A DNA stretch of 32,000 bases, from contig MNRO01000017.1 of the NCBI GenBank assembly GCA_001915995.1, positions 22,777 through 54,776 on the forward strand, read 5' to 3'. The notes under the pieces were generated by a model, which was not told the origin of the DNA, did not search any database, and saw only the letters and a list, made by a program, of their open reading frames with translations. Positions 1 to 8,272 of this stretch are shown piece after piece. How positions within the stretch are numbered: the first letter of the stretch is position 1; every line of letters begins with the position of its first letter. The position numbers and the translations under genes were made by a program. The stretch comes from Clostridium sp. 26_21. GTDB lineage: Bacteria > Bacillota > Clostridia > TANB77 > CAG-508.

Positions 1-1725
1 TACACCTTCTTCCATTCCTACTAAAAATACTACTTGGAATTCAAGCCCTTTTGCACTATGTAGTGTCATCAATGTTACAGAATCTTCTGTTTCTTCTACA
101 TTGTCTAAATCACTTGATAATGTTATTCCTTCTAAGAATTCACTTAATGTATTTTCCGCTGATTCTTCTTCAAATTCTGTTGCTACATTTAAAAATTCTT
201 CAAGGTTTGCAATTCTATTTTCTGCTTCTATTGTATTTTCTGTTTCAAGTGCTTTTGTATAACCTGTATCTCTTAATATTTTTTGTATTAATTCAGATAT
301 TTTTAAATTATCTTTTTGAACCATGAATTCTTCCATACAGTTTATAAATTCCCTTGAATTTGTATAAACTCTATTTAATCCATAACTTTGTGCATTTTTT
401 ATTACTTCATACATAGATGTTTCTGCTTGCTCTGCTGTTTGTTCAACTGCTTCTAAACTTGTCTTTCCTATTCCTCTTTTTGGTTCATTTATTATTCTAT
501 TCAAACTTAAATTGTCTGATGGATTTTGTACTAATCTCAAATAGGAAATTATGTCTTTAATTTCTTTTCTTTCATAGAATTTTAATCCTCCAACAATTTT
601 ATATGGTAATGCTTCTCTTCGTAAAATTTCCTCTATTGCTCTTGATTGTGTATTCATTCTATATAATACTGCAAAATCTGAATATTTATAATTATTCTTT
701 TTTCTTAATTCTTCTATTTTATCTACAATGTATTTTCCTTCATCATATTCATTATCAGAACAATATACTTCTGGTAATTCTCCTTCTCCATTTTCTGTCC
801 ATAATTTTTTTTCATATTTTACTTCATTGTTTTTTATAATTGCATTTGCTATATTTAATATATTTCCTGTACATCTATAGTTTTGCTCTAATTTGATTAT
901 TTTAGTTCCAGGAAAGTCTTTTTCAAAATTTAATATATTAGCAATATCTGCACCTCTAAAACTATATATTCCTTGGTCATTGTCTCCTACGGCTGTAATG
1001 TTTCCATTCTTTGATGCCAATAACGTTACAAGTGTGAATTGTGATTTGTTTGTATCTTGATACTCATCTACCAATATATATTTGAATTTATCTGAATAAT
1101 ATTGTAATACATCTACATTTTCTAATAAAATTTTAATTGTATAGTTTATTATATCATCAAAATCTATTGCATTATTCTCTTTTAATCTTTTTTGATACAT
1201 TTCATATACTTCTGCAATTTTTTCTCTTCTATAATCTCCATGTACTTTTGCACTATATGCATCTGGTTCTAACATATCATTTTTTGCATTGCTTATTTCT
1301 GATAAACATGATCTGTCATTTAATATTTTTTCATCTATGTCTAATTCTTTTAAGCATCGTTTTACAAGTGTTTTTTGGTCTGATGAGTCAAATATTATGA
1401 ATGATGAATCAAATCCGATTCTATCTATAAATTTTCTTAAAATTCGTACACATATTGAATGGAATGTTCCAACCCACATGTCTTTTGCTTTATCTCCAAC
1501 TAGCAATTCTATTCTTTCTTTCATTTCATTTGCTGCTTTATTTGTAAATGTTATTGCTAATATATTCCATGGTAATACATTTTTTTCTTGTAATAAATAT
1601 GCTATTTTATGTGTTAATACTTTTGTTTTTCCGCTTCCAGCACCTGCAATTACAAGACATGGTCCTTCTGTATTTACTACTGCTTCATATTGTTTGTCAT
1701 TTAATCCTTTTAATATATCTTCCAT
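1..1725 (-). CDS. pcrA: ATP-dependent DNA helicase, PcrA/UvrD family (first 575 codons; C-terminus runs off the left edge)
   Basis: Absent from the ORF track because there is no in-window stop. My translation from the ATG at 1725-1723 reads MEDILKGLNDKQYEAVVNTEGPCLVIAGAGSGKTKVLTHKIAYLL...ITFTNKAANEM (Walker A, motif Ia). VDEYQDTN (motif II) lies near 1030-1075 and HSAKGLEFQVVFLVGMEEGV at 60-1. The frame stays open to base 1. Confidence 0.9.
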   Translation of the reverse strand, partial: MEDILKGLNDKQYEAVVNTEGPCLVIAGAGSGKTKVLTHKIAYLLQEKNVLPWNILAITFTNKAANEMKERIELLVGDKAKDMWVGTFHSICVRILRKFIDRIGFDSSFIIFDSSDQKTLVKRCLKELDIDEKILNDRSCLSEISNAKNDMLEPDAYSAKVHGDYRREKIAEVYEMYQKRLKENNAIDFDDIINYTIKILLENVDVLQYYSDKFKYILVDEYQDTNKSQFTLVTLLASKNGNITAVGDNDQGIYSFRGADIANILNFEKDFPGTKIIKLEQNYRCTGNILNIANAIIKNNEVKYEKKLWTENGEGELPEVYCSDNEYDEGKYIVDKIEELRKKNNYKYSDFAVLYRMNTQSRAIEEILRREALPYKIVGGLKFYERKEIKDIISYLRLVQNPSDNLSLNRIINEPKRGIGKTSLEAVEQTAEQAETSMYEVIKNAQSYGLNRVYTNSREFINCMEEFMVQKDNLKISELIQKILRDTGYTKALETENTIEAENRIANLEEFLNVATEFEEESAENTLSEFLEGITLSSDLDNVEETEDSVTLMTLHSAKGLEFQVVFLVGMEEGV

Positions 1726-1756
1726 TATTTTTTCCTTCCTCATAAGCATAAAATTA

Positions 1757-1783
1757 AACGGATATTTTTTCGAATATCCGTTT
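1757..1783 (-). terminator. Hairpin downstream of the DUF2207 gene, upstream of pcrA
   Basis: Inverted repeat AAACGGATATT / AATATCCGTTT with a short loop, 70 nt after the stop at 1854. The T-tail is weak. Confidence 0.4.
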
Positions 1784-1853
1784 GAATTATACTATATTTT
1801 TATTTTTTTTACAAGGCTTTTATTGCAATTATTTTTATTACATATTAAGAAGA

Positions 1854-3729
1854 TTACCATGAACCTCCTCCGCCTCCACCAGAGCCTCCTCCAGATGAGC
1901 CACCACCAGATGAACCTCCTCCAGATGAACTATCTGATGGACTAGAAGACATTGCAGTTGTTGCAGCAGCCATTGTTGTAGTCATAAATGTACTAAAGTT
2001 ATTCATATTAAAATCATCTCTTGAGTCATACCAATCTGGGGCTTTTAAAGCTATTGTTTCAAATTGTTCCATCCATACTTTTGATACATCTAAAGCATAT
2101 GTATATGGTAATACATTATAAAAATATTCTGGATTTTGTTCTACTAAGCTTTCTAATTGAGATTTTTCAGCAGTTTGTAAAAATCTTCTAAATCCTTTTA
2201 TCTTTCCAAATAGCTCATTTCCATACTTTGTTCTTTTTTGCATTATATTTATAAATATACATAAAGTCATTATACATATTATTCCAATAAAATATGAAGA
2301 TAAATATGTTTCATTATTTAATAATGCTGGCAATACAATCGTAGCCCAAGGCATTCCTCCAAATCCAAGTCCCCATATCACTCCAAAGATTTTTATTGAT
2401 ATTGATGTCTTTCCAAACAGCATTCCAAATAAAACAGAAAAACCTATCAATGGAAATAATATTGCAAATATTAAACTTGTAAGTCCAGTATATTCTAAAA
2501 CAGGTTTTACTGTAATTATACAAAACATAAGAATAGCAAAAACTATAACTATTTTTCTACTCGTACTCGCTTTATACTCAAATATTTTATCTTTATTTTC
2601 TTTAGAATTCATATTATTTTTTATTTTATTTAATGTTTTATAAAACTCATCATATAATAGTGTTGCTGTTGCTGAGGTCCTTCCATATGAAAATAATCCT
2701 TCTAAGAACATTTGCTCATTTTCATTATTACCATCATATTCTTTTTGTTTTATAAATCTGAATCCTTTTGTCTTTTTTAATAACCCTTGATCTTCTATTT
2801 GTTCAATTTTTAAATATCCTTTATTTGCTAAATAAATAAGTAATGAAATAATAGATGAATTATCTGCACTTCCTTTATATATATACCCAATTTCAGCAGA
2901 ATTAAATCCTTCTGGTGGATAAAATTCTACTGTTTCTATAACTTTATCATCTTTTCCATATTTTAGCCATAACAAAAGAGCTACTAAAATAAAACATATA
3001 GAAATTGCTATTATTATAATTGAATAAATATCTATTTTCCAACCAGTTTTAACAAAATATCCTTCTGGTAAAGTAAGCCTAATTGTTACCCCTTCTCCTG
3101 CACTTAATGTTTTATTTATAGAACCACTTATAATATTTCCATCTACACTATAAGAAACATTTGAACTATTTGTTGAACCTTTACTTCCACTTGAAAAACC
3201 TAATAAAGTTTTATCAAATGTTTTCGGCATTTTTATTGTAAATGATAATTTTTTTATTGTTGTATCCCATTCATTTCCAATTAAATTATAATATAGTTCA
3301 TCTGCATTTTTTAAAGGATCTTTTCCTATATTATACCTATACTTTATTGTATATGAATGTTTTCCCGTTAATGTTTGTTCACTGTTTCCTATTTTTATAA
3401 CTTTATATCCATTTTCCATATATGTAGTATATTTTTCACTAACACTTATATTTGTTATTTTGGCTTTATTACTTGATTTTGTTCCATCTGTTCTCGTTAT
3501 CTCGTTTCTTAATGGTATTTTTCTAAATATTCCGATGTCTAGCACTATCAAAATATGTTGTTATTTCTTCTGTTATATCAAATGTATTATCTTCATTTAC
3601 AACCATATTAATATTATAGTTATCAATTGTATATCCTCCACTTGAAGTTATTGCCAAAACTTTATTCGAAAGTATACATAATAATACAATTGAAATGAAA
3701 AGAATATATTTTAAATATTGTTTTTTCAT
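1854..3729 (-). pseudogene. DUF2207-family membrane protein, full-length architecture but split by a 1-nt frameshift near 3532-3537
   Basis: ORF 3523..3729 encodes a signal peptide and the start of the extracellular domain (MKKQYLKYILFISIVLLCIL...TTYFDSARHRNI*). ORF 1854..3551 continues in another frame (..LDIGIFRKIPL.., TM segments, C-terminal GGGSSGGGSGGGGGGSW tail). Deleting one C in CATCGGAAT would give ..ARHGIFRKIPL.. as one continuous protein. This may be a true pseudogene or an assembly error. Confidence 0.65.
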
Positions 3730-3730
3730 T

Positions 3731-4273
3731 TTATAATTCTACCTTTACATTATTTTTTTCTTCTGATTTTGCTTCAAACATATTAGCTTGTTTAAAACCA
3801 AAAATTTTTGCAACTATATTACTTGGAAACATTTGTATTTGATTATTTAATATCCTAACTGTTCCATTATAATATTTTCTACTATTTGCTATATCATCTT
3901 CGATTTTCGTTAAGTTTTTACTTAATTGTGAAAAATTATCGCTTGCTTTCAATTCTGGATAATTTTCAGAAATAGCCATGATTTTCGAAATTTCTTGTGT
4001 TAATTGTTCATTCATATTGATTTTATTATTTGTTGTCATTGTATCATAACTATTAGTTCTTAATTTTGTTATTTCACTAAATGTTTCTTTTTCATATTTA
4101 GCATAACCTTTTACTGTCTCAACTAAATTTGGTACTAGCTCCCATCTTTTCTTTAAATACACATCCATTGTTGAAAATGCTTCTTTTACTAAATTGTTTG
4201 ACTTCACCAAAGAATTATATTGAATAAAAATATATACTAATATTAAAGCAATTATTATAATTCCTATTACCAT
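3731..4273 (-). CDS. lemA: LemA family protein
   Basis: 180 aa with an N-terminal TM helix followed by YNSLV...KKRWELVPNLVETVKGYAKYEKETF..., typical of LemA. It is adjacent to DUF2207 genes, the usual LemA partner. Confidence 0.85.
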   Translation of the reverse strand: MVIGIIIIALILVYIFIQYNSLVKSNNLVKEAFSTMDVYLKKRWELVPNLVETVKGYAKYEKETFSEITKLRTNSYDTMTTNNKINMNEQLTQEISKIMAISENYPELKASDNFSQLSKNLTKIEDDIANSRKYYNGTVRILNNQIQMFPSNIVAKIFGFKQANMFEAKSEEKNNVKVEL

Positions 4274-4327
4274 ATTTACACCCCCTAATAATTTTATTAT
4301 AATTATTTTTATTACATATTGAAGAAA

Positions 4328-5545
4328 TTACCAAGAACCTCCTCCGCCTCCGCCAGAGCCTCCTCCTGATGAGCCTCCTCCTGAATCTGATGATGAGCTT
4401 TCTCTAAAGTCATCAATACTTGATGGACTAAAAGACATTACATATTCTACTGAAGTCATTGTTGTAGTCATAAATGTACTAAAGTTTTCATTTGCTTCAT
4501 ACCAATCTGGTTCTTTAAAAGCTATTGTTTCAAATTGTTCCATCCATATTTTTGAAACATCTAAAGCATATGTATATGGTAACATATTATAAAAATATTC
4601 CGGATTTCGTTCTACTAATTCTTCCAATTGATTTTTTTCAGCAGTTTCTAGAAATCTTTTAAATCCTCTTATTTTTCCTAACATTTCATTTCCATATTTA
4701 GTTCGTTTTGGCATGATATTTGTAAACAATAATAAAACTATTATGCATATTATTCCTATAATATATGATTTTAAATACATTGGATTATTATATAACGCTG
4801 GTAATACTATTTTAAACATTGGAATTCCAACAAATAAAAGCCCAGATATAAATCTGAATATTTTTAAAAATCTTGGTACTTTCTCCATTTCACTTGTTAA
4901 CCACAAATACATACCGATTCCTTGAAAAAATAATGTAAAAAACAATTCAAATAAATTTTGCCCTCCAGAATACTCAATAATAGGTTTTATTATAATTGTT
5001 GTAATTATAATAAATACTAAAATAATCATAATTTTAAACAATTTTCTAAATTTACTTGCTTTTAAATCAAATATTTTATTTTCATTTTCTTTAGTATCTA
5101 TATTATTTTTTATTTCATCTAATGTTCTATAAAATCTATTATACAATAGTTTTTCTGTAGCCAAAAATCTTCCATTTTCAAATAATCCATCAAAAAACAT
5201 TCTCTCATTTTCATTATCGCCATCATATTCTTTAAGCTTTACAAATCTGAATCCTTTATTATTAAAAGAGTCTTGCTTTTTCGTCTGTTCGATTTTTAAA
5301 TATCCTTTATTAGCCAAATAAATAAGTAATGATATAATAGTTGAATCATCTACATAACCTTTATACATATATCCAATTTCAGCTGAGTTAAATCCTTTAG
5401 GCGGATAAAATTCTATTGTTTCTACAACTTTATCATCTTTTCCATATTTTAGCCATAAATAAAATGCAATCAAAACAAACATTATTGAAAGTGTTATTAT
5501 CATAATTGAATAAATATCTATTTTCATTTTTATACTCATCCCCAT
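4328..5545 (-). CDS. DUF2207-family paralogue lacking the N-terminal extracellular domain (TM and C-terminal part only)
   Basis: 405 aa. It aligns by eye at about two thirds identity with the C-terminal ~400 aa of 1854..3551 (KIDIYSI..LWLKYGKDDKV.ET.EFYPP.GFNSAEIGY..., NPEYFYN.LPYTYALDVSK.WMEQFETIA, GGGSSGGGSGGGGGGSW). Homology starts abruptly near 5530. Confidence 0.8.
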   Translation of the reverse strand: MGMSIKMKIDIYSIMIITLSIMFVLIAFYLWLKYGKDDKVVETIEFYPPKGFNSAEIGYMYKGYVDDSTIISLLIYLANKGYLKIEQTKKQDSFNNKGFRFVKLKEYDGDNENERMFFDGLFENGRFLATEKLLYNRFYRTLDEIKNNIDTKENENKIFDLKASKFRKLFKIMIILVFIIITTIIIKPIIEYSGGQNLFELFFTLFFQGIGMYLWLTSEMEKVPRFLKIFRFISGLLFVGIPMFKIVLPALYNNPMYLKSYIIGIICIIVLLLFTNIMPKRTKYGNEMLGKIRGFKRFLETAEKNQLEELVERNPEYFYNMLPYTYALDVSKIWMEQFETIAFKEPDWYEANENFSTFMTTTMTSVEYVMSFSPSSIDDFRESSSSDSGGGSSGGGSGGGGGGSW

Positions 5546-5594
5546 TTCTTAATGTTTTTATTTTATCATACCATAATTTTTTTTACTAGATATT

Positions 5595-5724
5595 TAGAAC
5601 AAATAAGAAAAATTTTTAATTTTTCTTTGATTTGTTCTCGCCCAATTTAAATTTCTGAGCGAAACAATGAAATCTCAAAGGGATAGTGATTGTGGCATTT
5701 TATATACTAGGAACCTAGTATATA
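5595..5724. repeat. Intergenic hairpin-rich repeat, copy A
   Basis: Nearly identical to 21674-21814 and shares its core with 16115-16245: TAGAACAAAT...ATTTGTTCTCGCCCAATTT..ATCTCAAAGGG..GATTGT..TATATACTAGG..CCTAGTATATA. Confidence 0.9.
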
Positions 5725-5750
5725 AAAAAACACTTCATTTTGAAGTGTTT
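5724..5750 (-). terminator. Rho-independent terminator of the oleate hydratase gene
   Basis: Hairpin CACTTCA-TTT-TGAAGTG (5731-5747) is followed on the minus strand by a run of 7 T (A-run 5724-5730), 11 nt after the stop at 5761. Confidence 0.7.
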
Positions 5751-5760
5751 TCTCTATATA

Positions 5761-7551
5761 TTAAATATCATCATCTTTAATTACATGATATTCTTTAAGA
5801 ATTTTTTCAATATCTGTGCCTTTAATTTGCTTTAAAACTTCTTTTAATGCAATTTTTTCTTTTAATCCTAAATTCATTTCTGTAATAGGTTTTCCATCTC
5901 TTAATTTAACTGTTGCATTTAATAAATCTCTTATATCATAAGTGCTTCCCCATACTTCTGGTACACCACGATCAACATTTAATAATGTGTAAACAGCTAC
6001 CATTGCTGTACGAATTGAATATTCTGTTGTAAATATTGTATCTCTTTCTGTTTCTGCAAATTGACCTAAAAATGCAAAATTTACTGCTTGATTTGGAACT
6101 ACTTTTGGTCTATCTGTTCCATTTCTTGGCATAAAGAATGCATCAATATATGGCATCATTACAGGTATTGTATTAGCACTATTTTCAGCTAATTCTTCTA
6201 TTTGATTTTCTGGTACTCCTAAATGATATAACCATTCCATACAAATCTCTTTACCTGTACAATCTCTCATTGGTTTCTTTACATAGTTTCCTGGAACATT
6301 ACTAAATAAACCATAGATCCATCCAACAAGTTGTCCCTTTGGTTGACTTCTAAATTGTGGTTGACGATTAAATGTCCAACTTAATAACCAATTTGAATCT
6401 TTTACTGTTACAATTCCTCCTGTAACAACTTTTCCACTAAATGGATCTCTCTTACATATTTTTTGAACATATGGTGGAATCCTATCATCTAGTGTTGTTA
6501 CTGTTGCACTCATCCAATTTGTTAATTCTGGATCATAACAGAATTTGTCTGGATTTCCAAATGAAGAATCTTGTTCGGCAATTTTACGCCATAAATCCCA
6601 TCCTCCACCTGGTTTTATTTCTGTATTCATTACGGCTGGTGTATTTTGACTTCCCATACTTGAGTTTTCAACACATCCACCATTTGTTATAAATACTAAA
6701 TCATTTTCTGTTAAATCAATACTTGATTCTTCTCCATCTTTTGTTATTATAATACTTTTTGCTACTTTTTTATAATCTGATATTTCAAATTTTACGTTTT
6801 CAACTTTTGTACCATAATGGAATTGAACATCATATTTTTTTAGATATTCTATCATTGGTAAAATCATTGATTCATATTGATTATATTTTGTAAATCTTAA
6901 TGCTGTAAAATCTGGAAGTCCTCCAATATGATGTATAAATCTTTTTATATATAATTTCATTTCTAATGCACTGTGCCAATTTTCGAATGCAAACATTGTT
7001 CTCCAATATAACCAGAAATTTGAGTTTAATACTTCGTCTGAAAAATAGTCTGTTATTTTTTTGTCATATAAATCTTCATCTGGTGTAAAGAATAATTTCA
7101 TTATTTCCATTGCACCTTTATCAGATATATCAAATTTTCTATCTGTATGTGCATCTTCTCCTCTATTCATTGTTGCTCTCATTAATGAATAGTTTGGATC
7201 TTCTTTATTTAACCAATAATATTCATCAAGAACACTTACTCCTTCTGTTTCTATTGATGGAATTGAATGAAATAAATCCCACATACATTCAAAATGGTTA
7301 TCCATTTCCCTTCCACCACGCATTACATATCCTAATCCATCATATAAGTATCCATCACAAGCTCCTCCTGGTATTTGGTCTTTCTCTAAAATATGGATAT
7401 TTTTTCCTTTCATTTGTCCATCTCTGACTAGGAAACAAGCTGCAGATAATGCTGCTAATCCTGATCCTACAATATATGCTGATTTTTTGTCTACATCTAC
7501 TGGCTTTTTTGGTCTAGCAAATGCTTCATAATTTCCACTACTATAATACAT
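5761..7551 (-). CDS. ohyA: Oleate hydratase (MCRA family, FAD-dependent)
   Basis: 596 aa. The N-terminus MYYSSGNYEAFARPKKP...KSAYIVGSGLAALSAACFLVRDGQMKGKNIHILE is characteristic of oleate hydratases, and the length fits. Confidence 0.9.
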   Translation of the reverse strand: MYYSSGNYEAFARPKKPVDVDKKSAYIVGSGLAALSAACFLVRDGQMKGKNIHILEKDQIPGGACDGYLYDGLGYVMRGGREMDNHFECMWDLFHSIPSIETEGVSVLDEYYWLNKEDPNYSLMRATMNRGEDAHTDRKFDISDKGAMEIMKLFFTPDEDLYDKKITDYFSDEVLNSNFWLYWRTMFAFENWHSALEMKLYIKRFIHHIGGLPDFTALRFTKYNQYESMILPMIEYLKKYDVQFHYGTKVENVKFEISDYKKVAKSIIITKDGEESSIDLTENDLVFITNGGCVENSSMGSQNTPAVMNTEIKPGGGWDLWRKIAEQDSSFGNPDKFCYDPELTNWMSATVTTLDDRIPPYVQKICKRDPFSGKVVTGGIVTVKDSNWLLSWTFNRQPQFRSQPKGQLVGWIYGLFSNVPGNYVKKPMRDCTGKEICMEWLYHLGVPENQIEELAENSANTIPVMMPYIDAFFMPRNGTDRPKVVPNQAVNFAFLGQFAETERDTIFTTEYSIRTAMVAVYTLLNVDRGVPEVWGSTYDIRDLLNATVKLRDGKPITEMNLGLKEKIALKEVLKQIKGTDIEKILKEYHVIKDDDI

Positions 7552-7585
7552 AGTTTATCAACCTCCTTATTTTTACTATGTGCTT

Positions 7586-7616
7586 TTATCTTATAGATAA
7601 TACATAAAGTTTTCAA
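7586..7616 (-). promoter_or_regulatory. Putative ohyA promoter (TTGAAA-17-TAAGAT) with an overlapping 6-3-6 palindrome, a candidate TetR operator
   Basis: Minus strand: -35 TTGAAA (7616-7611), 17-nt spacer, -10 TAAGAT (7593-7588). The perfect palindrome TTATCT-NNN-AGATAA spans 7586-7600 and covers the -10. Confidence 0.4.
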
Positions 7617-7684
7617 TAAACAAAAAAATGGATATGTATAATTTTTTTACATAATCCATTTTTTGTATAATTTAGTTTACATTT

Positions 7685-8239
7685 TTAATTAGACATTTTT
7701 CTTACCGCTTCTTCAAAATTTCCAGATATTAAAATATCTAATTTTTTTATTATATTTTCATGGCTTTCTTTCATTTCTGTGACTATCCAATTTTCTATTA
7801 TTCCTGCAAATCCATATTTGTAAAAATTCGCTATAAATATTTTATTTTCTTTAGTAATATTATAATCTTTTGATACATCATTTATTATATCTATAAATAT
7901 AGTATTATATTGTTTAAATAAGAAATCTAATAATGTTTTTCTGCTTAAAGAATTATATGTCTTTATAATAAATTTTTTATTCTCTAGCATATAATCTAAT
8001 ACATATTTAAAATTTTCTTGCCAATTTTTTATTGTTGTTTCTTTTTCTATTTTTTTTACAACTTCATTTGCAAATATCCATTCTAGTAAATCATAGATAT
8101 CTTTAAAATGATAATAAAATGTTTGTCTATTAATTCCACAGTCATTTGTTATATCACTTATTGTTATTTTATCTAAATCTTTTATCAACAACATCCTCTT
8201 TAATGATTGTGCCATTGCTATTTTTGTTATATTTGACAT
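7685..8239 (-). CDS. TetR/AcrR family transcriptional regulator (DhaS-like subgroup)
   Basis: 184 aa. ITISDITNDCGINRQTFYYHFKDIYDLLEWIF is the HTH and flanking signature of this TetR subgroup. It lies directly upstream of ohyA. Confidence 0.85.
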   Translation of the reverse strand: MSNITKIAMAQSLKRMLLIKDLDKITISDITNDCGINRQTFYYHFKDIYDLLEWIFANEVVKKIEKETTIKNWQENFKYVLDYMLENKKFIIKTYNSLSRKTLLDFLFKQYNTIFIDIINDVSKDYNITKENKIFIANFYKYGFAGIIENWIVTEMKESHENIIKKLDILISGNFEEAVRKMSN

Positions 8240-8272
8240 TTTATCATCTCACTTTCATTAGTACATCCCGTT

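Noticed and set aside
51-1945. Plus-strand ORFs from the track here (51..326, 603..839, 1137..1400, 1289..1945, 1548..1745). The same applies to the many similar L/F/I/H-rich + strand ORFs elsewhere, e.g. 7110..7427, 12584..12817, 17142..17816, 19756..20160, 28586..28813 and 31219..31737.
   Set aside because: They lie antisense to well-supported minus-strand genes and translate to low-complexity Leu/Phe/Ile strings. This is the typical antisense artefact of AT-rich coding DNA. None has an RBS or family resemblance.
5731-5747. The terminator hairpin core AAAAACACTTCATTTT..GAAGTGT recurs at 24761-24785, which could suggest another repeat family.
   Set aside because: Only about 25 nt are shared. 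Both are simple A-run/hairpin/T-run terminators in expected positions, so chance or convergent similarity is sufficient.
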